A DNA stretch of 64,000 nt from NCBI RefSeq assembly GCF_963853765.1, contig NC_088855.1, positions 42,098,001-42,162,000 of the forward strand, in the 5' to 3' direction. The DNA comes from Magallana gigas. Its lineage: Eukaryota. A model generated the notes under the pieces. That model saw nothing but the letters and a program-made list of their open reading frames with translations, ran no database searches and was not told where the DNA came from. Positions 26,901 through 38,154 of the stretch are shown in pieces. Positions within the stretch are counted from its first letter, which is position 1, and the number at the start of each line of letters is the position of its first letter. The position numbers and the translations under genes are program-made.

Positions 26901-27996
26901 AGTAACTTCTGCATAATGAGGTTCAGGGGCTTTATTTGTGAGGTTCTAGATATATTTATAGGTTATTACTGAGATATCCATGCAATATGATTTTGTTTTC
27001 CTTCAATGTGATATAACATAGTGGTAATATGTACTATGTATAGTCTGTGATAATAGAAATGCATCTTAAATTCTAACACTACATTTGGTTTATTTTTTGA
27101 GGATAATGGGTTAATTTAAAATGAAATTATTTTACATGAAGATTCATCGTCTCAAGCTATGGGTTTTGTGTCCATTCTATTTCCACAAATAGAATGTATT
27201 GTGAAAATAGAAAGGACACAAAACCCGGGGCTTGAGACGATGGATGTTGATTGTAACTCCAATTTTGATATGAGGTACACTATAAGTATTAATTTTTAAT
27301 TAACTATGCTCTCATTTAACTCAGGTTCTATACCCTGGTTCATGGTAGCCGAGATTTTCTCTCAAGGGCCCCGATCAGCTGCAGTTTCAGTGTCTACTAT
27401 GGTAAACTGGTTCTCCAACTTCACAGTTGGATTAGTTTTCCCCTTATTAAATGTAAGTGTCCTATGCTGCTGCTTCTGCTATTTAGGGCAATTTGAGGTT
27501 AAATGGGACTGGTGGTGTTCTGAACAAGAATTTAAATTTCCTTATAATCAGACTCTGAGTGCCTCAATTTTACTCTTTTTCAACATTTTTTAATACATGT
27601 ACATGTATTTATAAACAAGTGTCACAAGAGTCACACATTCCAAAAAGTTTTTTTTACTCACTTATATTGAATGCAATTAAATTTTCCAGTGCTATAGAAG
27701 TTTCAAGCAGTGACATTTAATACATGTATCATTGAAATGTGTTAAGTGTAAACATGTGTTTTCTTCAGGAGTTGCTGATCCATCAATACTCCTTCCTCCC
27801 TTTTGTGGTGCTGCTGTTTGTTTTCTTGATCTTCATATACAGAAGAGTTCCAGAGACCAAAGGAAAAACAATTGAACAAATTTTACTGCTGTTTAAGAGG
27901 CCAGAGACAATGGTGTATGAAAGAATCATTCAGCAGGATTCTAACAGTCAGTCATACACCAGGTTAGAAAATCGAGATTCATCTGAAGATTCATAA
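17627..27996 (+). CDS. Facilitated glucose transporter, SLC2A/GLUT family (class I-like), 12 coding exons
   Basis: Exons 17627-17731, 20844-20942, 21165-21358, 21568-21692, 22128-22298, 22697-22804, 23093-23181, 24108-24206, 24660-24875, 25942-26020, 27325-27452 and 27769-27996 are all GT-AG and in phase. Hallmarks: [14 protein letters not shown]...[59 protein letters not shown]. Exon 1 is inferred from phase and position. Confidence 0.95.
17940..17966. repeat. (GA)n microsatellite
   Basis: Directly visible in GLUT intron 1. Confidence 0.95.
24359..24586. mobile_element. Short TA-flanked MITE in a GLUT intron
   Basis: Ends tactgtagattc and gattctacagta form near-perfect inverted termini. 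Confidence 0.5.
27145..27242. other. Intronic ~98-nt near-perfect hairpin (mini-MITE or pre-miRNA-like)
   Basis: The arm catcgtctcaagc-tat-gggttttgtgtcc-a-ttctatt pairs with aatagaa-a-ggacacaaaaccc-ggg-gcttgagacgatg around a short loop. Confidence 0.7.
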
Positions 27997-29320
27997 GCTG
28001 TTTATGTGTATTTATGTTCTTTTAAATCAGGTATAAAATTCTTCGTCATCCAATTAACTACCCAAAACTACCCATACCTAAGCTGTGATATATCTTGGAT
28101 GCCGTATCTTTTACTAATTCAGGTTTACTTGTTTTGTTTATGTATTATTTCATTTGTGTAAAGTTATTATTGTTTTTTGATTTATATTGTTACCTTTTTC
28201 TGATGAATATTTTTAACAAGGAAAATTGAATTCTTTATCTTTGTTATATGATACATGATTTCACAAGGAATTTGATGAATATTAAAATTTTAGCTCATTT
28301 CCCTGGTAGTGCATTTCTTGTATTTTTTTTTACATCTAGGAATATTAATGCTTACATTTGCAAGGGAAATATTATCAAAATCATCAAAGAAAGGAAAGTT
28401 ATGAGCTGTTGATAACTTTTTAAAATATTACTTCTGTTTTCTTATATCTTAGTTAATGAATTTTAATTTTATCTTAAGTGGTTGTATGTATTCTTCTGTG
28501 GCATTAGAATATCAAAAGCAATCTTTTTATTAGTGTTTAATGGCATTTGTTCAATCTTTGTTATTACTAAAACATTGTCCATACATGAATTTATATATGC
28601 TGCATTGTACTCGCATATATGAATTAGTTATTTATACCTTGTATAAATTGAATTAAAATTAATTTATTTTTAAATATTCTTTTCTTTTCATTATAATTTT
28701 TGATGAGGGTCATAATGCATAAAAATACCTGGGTTTTATGGAATTTTTGTCCACTTTTGCTTGAATAAGACATTACTTATTGGCAGTCCAGGGTTTGATT
28801 CTTTTTGTAAAAAATAAAAGAGAATGAGGATGATCACTATATTGGTTATATCTTCACCAGATTTGTAAACAATTTCGTAAATGAAGATGTGTGGATAAGG
28901 CGTGTAAAATGCCTATACTGGGACGGATAAGATACTGTAAAATTAAAATAACAATAAATCTGGTAATTCTTTTTTAAAAATCATTCAAAACAATATATAT
29001 CTAACATAACCTTGATTTGTAACACTTAAATATGTTCAATACTTAGAATATGTTGATTTAAACTGGCGTAACTTCAAATGAAATCTTTTTTTTTTTAAAC
29101 TTCAGTGTCTTTTCTTTAATAGAGTGAGTCTGTGTTTCATATTTTTCTCATAGCCTAAATAAGGTCTAAAGGAAAAACCGATTTCAATCAACAAAAAACG
29201 TGGAGAGGTAACCCACTATATATTAAAAATATATTTTTTTATCTTAACAATTGAACGTTTTAGAAAAATAATGCAAGCCCGTAAATGCTTGTCCAGAGTC
29301 GGATGTAGCATTTAATCAAT

Positions 29321-29404
29321 GCATATTGGCTCAATGGTTAGAGTACCAGACGTTTGGTCACCTTGTAGATCTAGGCTTTTTAGGTTGTGGGTTCGAGACC
29401 ACCA
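29321..29404 (+). mobile_element. tRNA-derived sequence with Pol III A- and B-boxes (SINE head or tRNA pseudogene)
   Basis: A-box-like tggctcaatggttagagt and B-box-like gtgggttcgagacc. No convincing acceptor stem, so it is not called as a tRNA. Confidence 0.5.
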
Positions 29405-31291
29405 AAACTGAAGACATTTTTTTTCTTATCGTTTGTTAAAATATTCAAAACGAAATATAGTTAGAAATTGTGTTTTTGCAAACTGAATTAAAACGTTATC
29501 AAATAGATTTAATTGGAAAGAAATTTAATTTTGAAATTGCATTTTACGACTCAACCAAATGGGCATTTGCGCTTAGTCCCCAAATCATTTTTGTAATTTT
29601 AGGTGTAAAATATGCAAAATAATAGGCATGTTATAAAAACTAACTTAATTTTCTACGCTAATATTTGTTACTTATTAAAAATCCATAAGATTTCTACCGG
29701 GTTGCTATCAAAGACTAGTGAAAGACTCCATGAAGTTTGTCCTAAAGTTTAAGAGTGAATTATTCTGCTCTTTTTTTTTCTTCAAAAATTGCACACATTA
29801 AAGTTAAGATATATGTAAAAATTCAGACATTTTGAAAAAAGTACAACAATAGAATATTTTTTTTTTCTATTTTAATTTTTGTATAATAGATTATCATTGT
29901 TTATTTAGCTTCGACACTTATTAAGGTTAATCATCAGAGAATGCGTATGTAAATTAAAAAGAAAATAAACAACAACAAAGATTCATTGACAGAAGCCGAT
30001 GTTATTTCTTATTGCGTGTTTTATTTCCATATATGGAAGTTAGCTCGTCCTTGTCGTGAGGGTAGACGATAACTTTGTCTAATGAGGTCAGACTCTTCCC
30101 GGGGAAAACAAGGTCATTGCACAAAATTATCAGACTTGTTTACTTTCTTAATTAGGACACTATGGCTACTTAAAATCAATCCATAAACTAATGATGATCG
30201 TAATATATAAATTGAAATCACGTGTATACCAAAGCGTTTATTGCAGTTGATTTTTTTTTTCAAATGAACTAAATAGATAAATGAATATTTTCTTTTCATG
30301 TTAAATAAATTATCTTTGCTCGAAAACATACGTAGTTCATCAAGAGATGCTCTAGTGCTTTTCCTTCCAAAATAAAAACGCACTTTAATTTTCATAATTT
30401 CGAGGAGCGCTGAAATCGGTAAAATACAATAATCTCCTTGCTATACTTTTATATTTCTGAAGGGGGAGGGGGGGGGGGGGGGGGGTAAGCATTCCAATCC
30501 AGTATCCACTGATAGACAGGACTAATCATTGAAAGACAATACATGATCAAAATGTGCAACTACACTCTTAAATACTAACAATTTTTTTAAAATCTGTAGA
30601 TTCAATGAAACAGATTTGTTCATTGCACATATATATTTTCAATGATATTTCCAAAGATGGCAAGGACATAGAAACCGCTGAAAAAGTAATTCTTTTGCCC
30701 GGTTACAGTTGCATTTTTATTTAAATATGCAGCAAAGTTTATTCAAATATTTTTGCGCGCCCTTTCACAATATATGTATATTCTGAAATTTTTTTTTACA
30801 TAAGATTTACTGTAATACGTTTTTTTTCTCTGTCTATTTTTCTCCAAAACAGAAAAAGAAGACCGTATAAGATACATGTATATTTTGACAGCTACTGGTT
30901 GATAAGTGTAAAATAGGGATGCTGTAAGAAATAAGGATGGATTTCCCCGCATCCAGGATATGGTGAACATTTTGTTTGTATCTGACCTTACATCGTGTCA
31001 CGTAGTACAGGATGAGCCAAAAATATGCTACCTCAACTCATTAGAAGTCAGCGTTTATTCTTAAGTTAAAATTAATTTAATTATGATTTTTACGGTACAA
31101 TACACACATAAGGTCTATGGAATTTTAAAATATTTAAAGATTTTACTTTGAATAAGAAAATATCCTTAATCAAGTACATGATTATCTGCAGCTAAATAGG
31201 ACATACTTTTGACATCGTCTGTATGCATACATATAAATATGACATGATTCTTAATGTTGTGATTGTTTGAAAATTGACATCCTTTTTCAAC

Positions 31292-34200
31292 ATGGATAAA
31301 TTCACTGTGTCATTCTTATTTCTTTGTGTGCAGGTAAAATTGAATACGAATATGTGTGGTTTGGAAAAAACTTACTTTGTTTGATATGTCCACCACTAAT
31401 TCTAAAGTATATAGTAATGGTTATCTTAAAATCATGTCACCTATTTGTGCCAACTTCTCAACTTAAATTCTATAAATATACAAAATGATCAAATGATTTG
31501 AGTTGCTCACAAAATATTTTCAATTTAATTTAGTTGAAAATGTTAAATGTAGATAAAAATGACAATAATGCTCAGATATTAGTATATTTTTAAAATAATA
31601 ATTTTTATGGGTTTTTTCCGGACTACCGGTACATGTATTATTTTAAGTTAAAAAACTTATTTTTTTTATTAAGCTTTCCGAACTAACTTTTTTGTATTGT
31701 AAGCACCAACTCGAATTTTTAGATTCTAATTTGTGCTTAATTTGTGCATGCATGAGATTGGGATTTTTAATTTATTTATGTTTTTTTTTTGTTTAATTTT
31801 TTCCTTTTTATCTTGATTTTGATTAATTGTTGATTTTTTTTTTACCAACCGATAATGATTTTGTTCAAAGGATTTTTTTCTTTTATTACTACCACTTCTA
31901 ACATTGAAGGACGACAACTATTGGAGGTCAATGGACTTTCTGTTCGTGTTTGATGTTTCCAGTTTTATTATGGAATGTGTCTAAATTAAGAAATCCTGTG
32001 TTATTCTTTTTAATTCACCATTCGCTCCATATACGGTTATCAGATTCTTACGCGAATCTCAAAGTCCTGAAGTAGTGGAAAATTTACAAACCTGGCATCA
32101 AAACAAAAACTTCGTACTTCAATTGGTGGTTTATCAAATCTTATTTTACTTAATAAAAAGACATTTACGTGGCTATATGAAAAGTTGTGTCCTAATAAAT
32201 TTGATTCATATAAATTCAGTAAATATTCGATTATTAGATTTTGTTATTACATTGTTCTATAACAAATACATTGCAGCAAATCCCTCCAAAGGACAGGGTG
32301 ATGCCTAGCATATTTATCTTTTCTCTTGTTTCATGAGACACACTTGAGACAGTGCCCCTCTATTTCGTTAATGAAAGAATCATGATTTGGTTTATCATTC
32401 CGTAAATCTTTCATTGTCATTGTTTGGTAAATAATGATCATAATATTCATGTCTCAAATCTTCATTTTATTGTTCAACGTACACTCTGTATAGTACGTCA
32501 ATGTGTTACAGCGATCCGGAATATCTACACATGCATATACATGTGTAGTGAGTTCGAACAGGGTTAATGCGGAAAATACGAACGTCAGAATGAACCGCTG
32601 CGTTATTGATTAGTGACAATTTTTTTTTATAATATTTGATAATTTAGATGTAATTCTATTTTTCAGGTACTTCGTCACGCGACAGCGTCGCCAATAGATA
32701 CACTGATAACAAACGCAGCCGTAGAGAGTGAGTACAATTCCCATTAATTTAGAAAACTATAATAAGAATCAACTTTGATAAAGCAACAGCAAAAACAACA
32801 GCATAATCTTTTAAAAATATAAACGATAAATAATTTGTTTCTATTAACGACAACACAATCTAAATATGAACGATAGATACTGTAGATTGTACGAACAATA
32901 TCTTAAGAAGAAACCTTGTATGTTCACCGTTATTATTTGTTTCCAGCGACGGATTTTGACATCGTGGCAAACACCAGCACAAAGACACTCCGTGTGGAGC
33001 TGGACATTCTGGTGGAACTAGAGGACTATGTGGAGACAAGGTTGGCTCTGTAAGCATCACCAGCAGGATACCACCTTAATGTCTTACCCTTATGCCTCAC
33101 CTCAGTGTCTTACCTTAATGTCTTACCTTAGAGTCTTAACTTAGTTCTTACCTTAATGTCCTACCTTAACGTTTACCCAAGTGTCTTACCTAAATGTCCT
33201 ACCTTAATGTCTTTTCTGAGTGTCTTGCCTAAATGTCCTACCTTAATGTCTTTCCTTAGTGTCCCACTTTAATGTCTTACCTTAATGTCTTACCTAATTG
33301 TCTAACCTTTGTGTCTTACCTAAATGTCCTACCTTATTGTCTTACCTTAGTGTCTTACCTAAACGTCTTACCTTAGTATCTTACCTTAGAGTCTTACCTT
33401 AGTTCTTACCTTAATGTCGTACCTTAATGCCTTACCTTCATGTCTTACCTTAATTTCTTACATAAATGTCTAACTTAATGTTTTACCTTAATCAATCTTG
33501 ATAGGGAAACTTTCCTATCAGATTGTATAGACTTTTACTCTTTCGACTGTTTTTACTTCACTTTATTAAACACTTTTCTTCTTTTTTTTGTCGTAGGATT
33601 TTAGAAGGACGTAGAAAGAAGAGGAAAGCAACTCGTAATACAAATAAACGATGGCCAAACAAAGAGGTCCCCTATATCATAACCGACGATTTTAGTAAGT
33701 TCATTGTCTTTTACAAAAATTTAGATGAGGTGAGAATCAAAAGTTTTGATTGAACGAGTTTGTAACCATCGGTCTCATTTTTCATAGTTATTGACCCAAT
33801 CTGCTTAAATCTGACCATAAGCGTCAAACACAATTTAAATCATTAGAAATCTAAGAATAAGCTCAAAAATAGCGAAAAGTTAACTATGAACTTTAAATTT
33901 ATTCAAGGCAAAAAAATGGGTTTTCTTAGTTAATAAAAGGAAAAGCGTAGCTTACTTTGCAATTGGTGAAATACAAAACCCTTATCTTTAAGTCGTATTT
34001 ATTCAAAACCAGTCTAAATTAGCCAAAAACCACAAATTTCTATAGTCTGCATGTATTTCTGTGTATGAAATGGTTATTTTTATTTTAAATCATTGTGCTT
34101 TGCAATTCATTATTGGACTCAAATTTCATCACAACTTTTCTGTGAAAGAATTTTAAAAATCTACTCTCTCTCTCTCTCTTTTCACTACAGGTCCCGCAGA

Positions 34201-37200
34201 CAAGGTAGAGATAAAAGCCGCCGCAGACGAGTGGAACAAATACACGTGTCTGAACGTTAGGGAAGCAACAAAGGCAGACGTCAACAGAGTCCGGCTCCAA
34301 AACGGAAAAGGGTAAATCCATTTCATCAATTACAAACGTAATCCATTTCATCAATTACACACTCACACTACCAATATATATGAAATAACACCAGTTTGTA
34401 TTTGAATTCTTATGTTCTCCAGAGTGCTCCATTTTTTTGTAAGACTTTAATTAATTTTTTTGGTATTTTATTCTTTTTTGGCTTAGTAGTTATTGATTTT
34501 ATATTTTGTCAAAAATATAACAAGCTATTTTTCTTCAAAAGGTGTTCTTCGTATATTGGAATGGTTAAAGGTGAACAGGAATTGAATCTAGGAAGAAACT
34601 GTCGAGTGGTAAGACGTTCAAAATATCAATTTTGAAAACTCTTGGCTTATTTTAAACACATATAATTTACTATTATACCATTAGAAATATATTGATAATG
34701 CTATTGTGTTTTCGCAAACCTAAAAGAGGAAAAAAAATAACTTCATTAGTGAAGATATATGTCTACAGACAACCCTGAATAAAAAACATATACTAGTATC
34801 AAGTAAGAATCGTATAGGTTATATACTTTTTACTTATCTTTATCGCAGAAAAGAGTAATTGTCCACGAACTGGGTCACGCCATCGGGTTTCAGCACGAAC
34901 AATCCAGACCTGACCGGGACGCATATGTGGAAATTGTCCGTGAGAACATCCCGGAAGCCCTATCCTACAACTTTGATCGACTACCTCATACCAAAGTCAA
35001 CGATTACAACGTGGAGTATGATTACAGGAGCATTATGCACTACAGTGCTAAGGTCAGTGTAATCCTTTCATGCACTACAGCGCTAAGGTTAGTGAAATTC
35101 CTTAATGCACTACAGTGCTAAGGTTAATGTAATTCCTTCATTATAAATCATATTTTTCAACCTTAAGAAAAATGGGTTTGTTGTTAGATATTGTAATTCG
35201 TTCCTTAATTTTTTAAAATCAAATTATATTCAGTCTTTAGAGTCACATTTTCAGTGTCACTGAATAGTTCCTTTAATGATAGTAGTCAAATTGTTACGTT
35301 TATCCCAACAGGCTTTTTCCACCAATGGGATGATAACGGTAAGGACCAAGGACCCCGAGTACCAAAATGTCATCGGTAACGCCCTTGGGCTCAGCTTCAA
35401 GGACATTAAACTGGCCAACCTGATGTACAGCTGTAACGGTAGGTGTTTCATATATAGCAGTTTTTAATTATTGCAAATTGAGTACAATCCAAATATCTGC
35501 AATAGCGCAAAGTGCTTTGCGTTATTTATATTTATTATACTTTCGTGTTAAATACTGAAATCTGATTGGTTTAAACGCAGTTGGTAATCTGTTCTATTAC
35601 CCATGGCGTTGGCAACACACTTGGCAACGGGTAACACAACGAATTGTTACATGCGCGTTAATCATGCGCGTACGGTTTGCCGTAGAATTCACTTCATTTC
35701 TATATAAAAGCAGATTTTTAGAATTAAGACATTCAGTATAATAAAATAAATAGTGCCTGTTTGGGGGAGGGGGGGGGGGGGGGTAACTGTTGAAATTGAC
35801 ACCCCTCGAAAACCATTGTCAACCTCCGCTTCGCGTCGGTTGACAATGGTTGTCTCGGATTGTATTGTAAAATCGTAATTTAATGGCAAGGAAATAATAT
35901 TTTTTTCTAGTGGGTAATATATATGTATTTAAACTTTGACAATTTCAAAATTTAAAATTTGGAATATAATTATAGTAAAGTGGTAAACTGTAAGAAATAT
36001 TCTTGTACGTTTATTAATTAAGTAGCAAGAAGAAATAAACAAACAAAAGCCCGTATTTTTCTTAAATTTTTCATTTGTATCATACCAAAGTTAACAACGT
36101 GCTTTGATTAGCTGTTTGTTTTTATTTTTTATAGACCAGTGTGAAGCTGTACAGTGCCCCGGTGGGGGGTTCCAGGCCAAGGATTGTAAGTGTTACTGCG
36201 CGTCTGAGGACCCGAACAACCCCCTCGGGGAGTGTGATGACAAAGATGTCGTCACCAACAAACCACGCCCCACCACCACCAAGAAAACGGGCTCCTCCAC
36301 CGAGTCCCCTGTAACTAGTAGGTGTCTTCCTGATGATACTCACTATCCCCATGCTAAGGGTCATGTTTCGCAGTTTTTGATTCAGAACAGTCCAGAGAGC
36401 TTTCTAACTTTTATATAAAATCAAACTTTACTCTCTCTCTCTTAACTGGTTTGTTTTTCTGAATCAACATCGTGTTACAGAAAGATTTTTATTGCTTTCT
36501 GGTTGCGTTTTAGAGTATGAGTGTTGCTTTTTAAATTGCTATATCAAATTTTATTCAAATGGTGGAAATAGGTACGATATTCCAGCACAAACATAACAAG
36601 GATACATTAGATATTTATATTATATATTAAGTCTTCATTGTCACAGATAACTGCCAGAACGGACACAACTACTGCGATTTCTGGGCCAACAGGGGGCACT
36701 GTGACTCCTCCCCCGGGTTCATGAACCTGTACTGTAAGAGTTCTTGTGGCCGATGTACAGCGGGTAAGCTGGGTCTCTTCATTCCTGGCAAAAAATGTTA
36801 ATTTTTCAGATCTATACTCCTTACCTGCGAATTTACGTTCTCGCATAAATGTTTCCTTCAAATATACATGTACGTACCAATAATAAAGATACTTACACCT
36901 ATTGATCGATATATTCAACAAGATCAAATATGTGTTAATGAAAACACATTTTTTTTAATATGTAAACTTCTTGGATTATTCCTAAAGTAAAAGTAACCCT
37001 CTAAGTGTTTTTACGACTTTCCGTAATCGAACTGGTATGGTAATCACGTGTTCTACTGTTGTTGATACAGAGGCTGAGGTTTGTGAGGATGTGGGACAAC
37101 ACTGCAATTTCTGGAAGGCACAGGGTTACTGCACCATGAACATGATGCCCTACATGCAGAGAAACTGTCGGCGCACCTGCGGCTTCTGCACGCTGGATGA

Positions 37201-37207
37201 AAGTTAG
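31292..37207 (+). CDS. Astacin-family (M12A) zinc metalloprotease with signal peptide, propeptide, EGF-like module, Thr/Pro linker and two ShKT domains
   Basis: Exons 31292-31333, 32667-32727, 32947-33040, 33597-33694, 34191-34311, 34542-34608, 34849-35052, 35312-35438, 36135-36317, 36647-36763 and 37071-37207 are in phase. Motifs: zinc site [19 protein letters not shown], Met-turn SIMHY, furin-type RRKKR before the mature start, and ShKT patterns [17 protein letters not shown]...CKSSCGRC and [17 protein letters not shown]...CRRTCGFC. Confidence 0.95.
33072..33491. repeat. Minisatellite with ~13-bp unit (tgtcttaccttaa and variants), roughly 30 copies, in astacin intron 3
   Basis: Directly visible degenerate tandem array with no unique spacers. 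Confidence 0.95.
35035..35139 (+). repeat. Three tandem 35-bp units spanning the astacin exon 7/intron 7 junction
   Basis: atgcactacagtgctaag|gtcagtgtaatcctttc, atgcactacagcgctaag|gttagtgaaattcctta and atgcactacagtgctaag|gttaatgtaattccttc. Confidence 0.95.
35520..35855. mobile_element. Helentron/HINE-like non-autonomous element in astacin intron 8
   Basis: 3' stem-loop aaccattgtcaacc/ggttgacaatggtt (35811-35851) enclosing tccgcttcgcgtc, plus an internal poly-G tract. Boundaries are approximate. Confidence 0.55.
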
Positions 37208-38154
37208 TCATTTTAATTTTACACGAAACACTAGAATCTTTTTGAATTTTACACGAAACACTAGAATTCAACGTTACATTCAACATTCGGGATGCCGCGA
37301 TTGAAGCAACACTGACCATTGGTTTCCGATGGTTCTCATACTTTGTATCTTTTTATAAACTTTCAGGTAGTTTTGATTGGTTAGTAATTAGTTGTTATTA
37401 ATTGCAGGCAATGGAGAAGGGTTTGGAGCCTTTAGAAGTTCTGCCACCGACATCACAGCAAAAACGGCTTTCGTATTCATTCTGAGTATGGTACAAATTC
37501 TTATTGCTGGAATCTTTTAATCTAATAATTCAATCAACGAAAGAAGACTGAAAACTGCCTTGAGGTTGAACTTGCAAAACCTTTAAGTGATCAAAAACTA
37601 AAGTTTCCCATTGAAGTTGTTCAACATTGGAAAATCTTTGTAAAGAACCACCTTCTATCTTGCAGCCGAAGTCAGTTCTTAAGGACGTTGAATTGTCTAC
37701 TTGCAATCACGTATTGCAGGTTTGACCATTCAGAGAATATCGGTTTTTTTTATTGTTATGTGTGCAAATGATCTCCCGGTGACAGAGTTTGCTACAGAAT
37801 GACTCAATGAGTTTTAATATACCCAAAGCGCTCCGAGAAGCTCGATTTACGTCAGAAAGCTTTGTGGTATTCGCTAGCTGTGATTGTTTCAAAAATATGC
37901 TATTTATTTTAGATATTTTCTAAATACTTTCTTAAAACATAGATTTATACACATAGAGTTTGTTTCAATAAAAAAGAATTATATTTACATCTTATTACGT
38001 TGTTCTTTCTGATACCCAAATGTACACAAAACTGAAAATCTCCAATAATATTTTTTTATTGATAATATAGATATATGATAACAATTATTTACAGAAGTAT
38101 AACAAAACAAATAAATTAATCTAGTGTTTTGAGACAGTGTAACAAGTACAGGAT

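Noticed and set aside
29321-29404. Functional tRNA gene
   Set aside because: A and B boxes are present, but no acceptor stem or anticodon arm can be folded.
30464-30485. Poly-G tracts (also ~35765-35783 and ~59910-59927) as G-quadruplex elements
   Set aside because: Simple homopolymers whose length is unreliable in assemblies, with no evidence of function.
31870-31926. Extra astacin exon candidate between exons 1 and 2
   Set aside because: Exon 1 (phase 0) joins 32667 directly to give a coherent signal peptide. This segment's phases do not fit both neighbours.
33072-33491. Tandem array considered as CRISPR-like
   Set aside because: The units are contiguous with no unique spacers, there are no cas genes, and the context is a eukaryotic intron.
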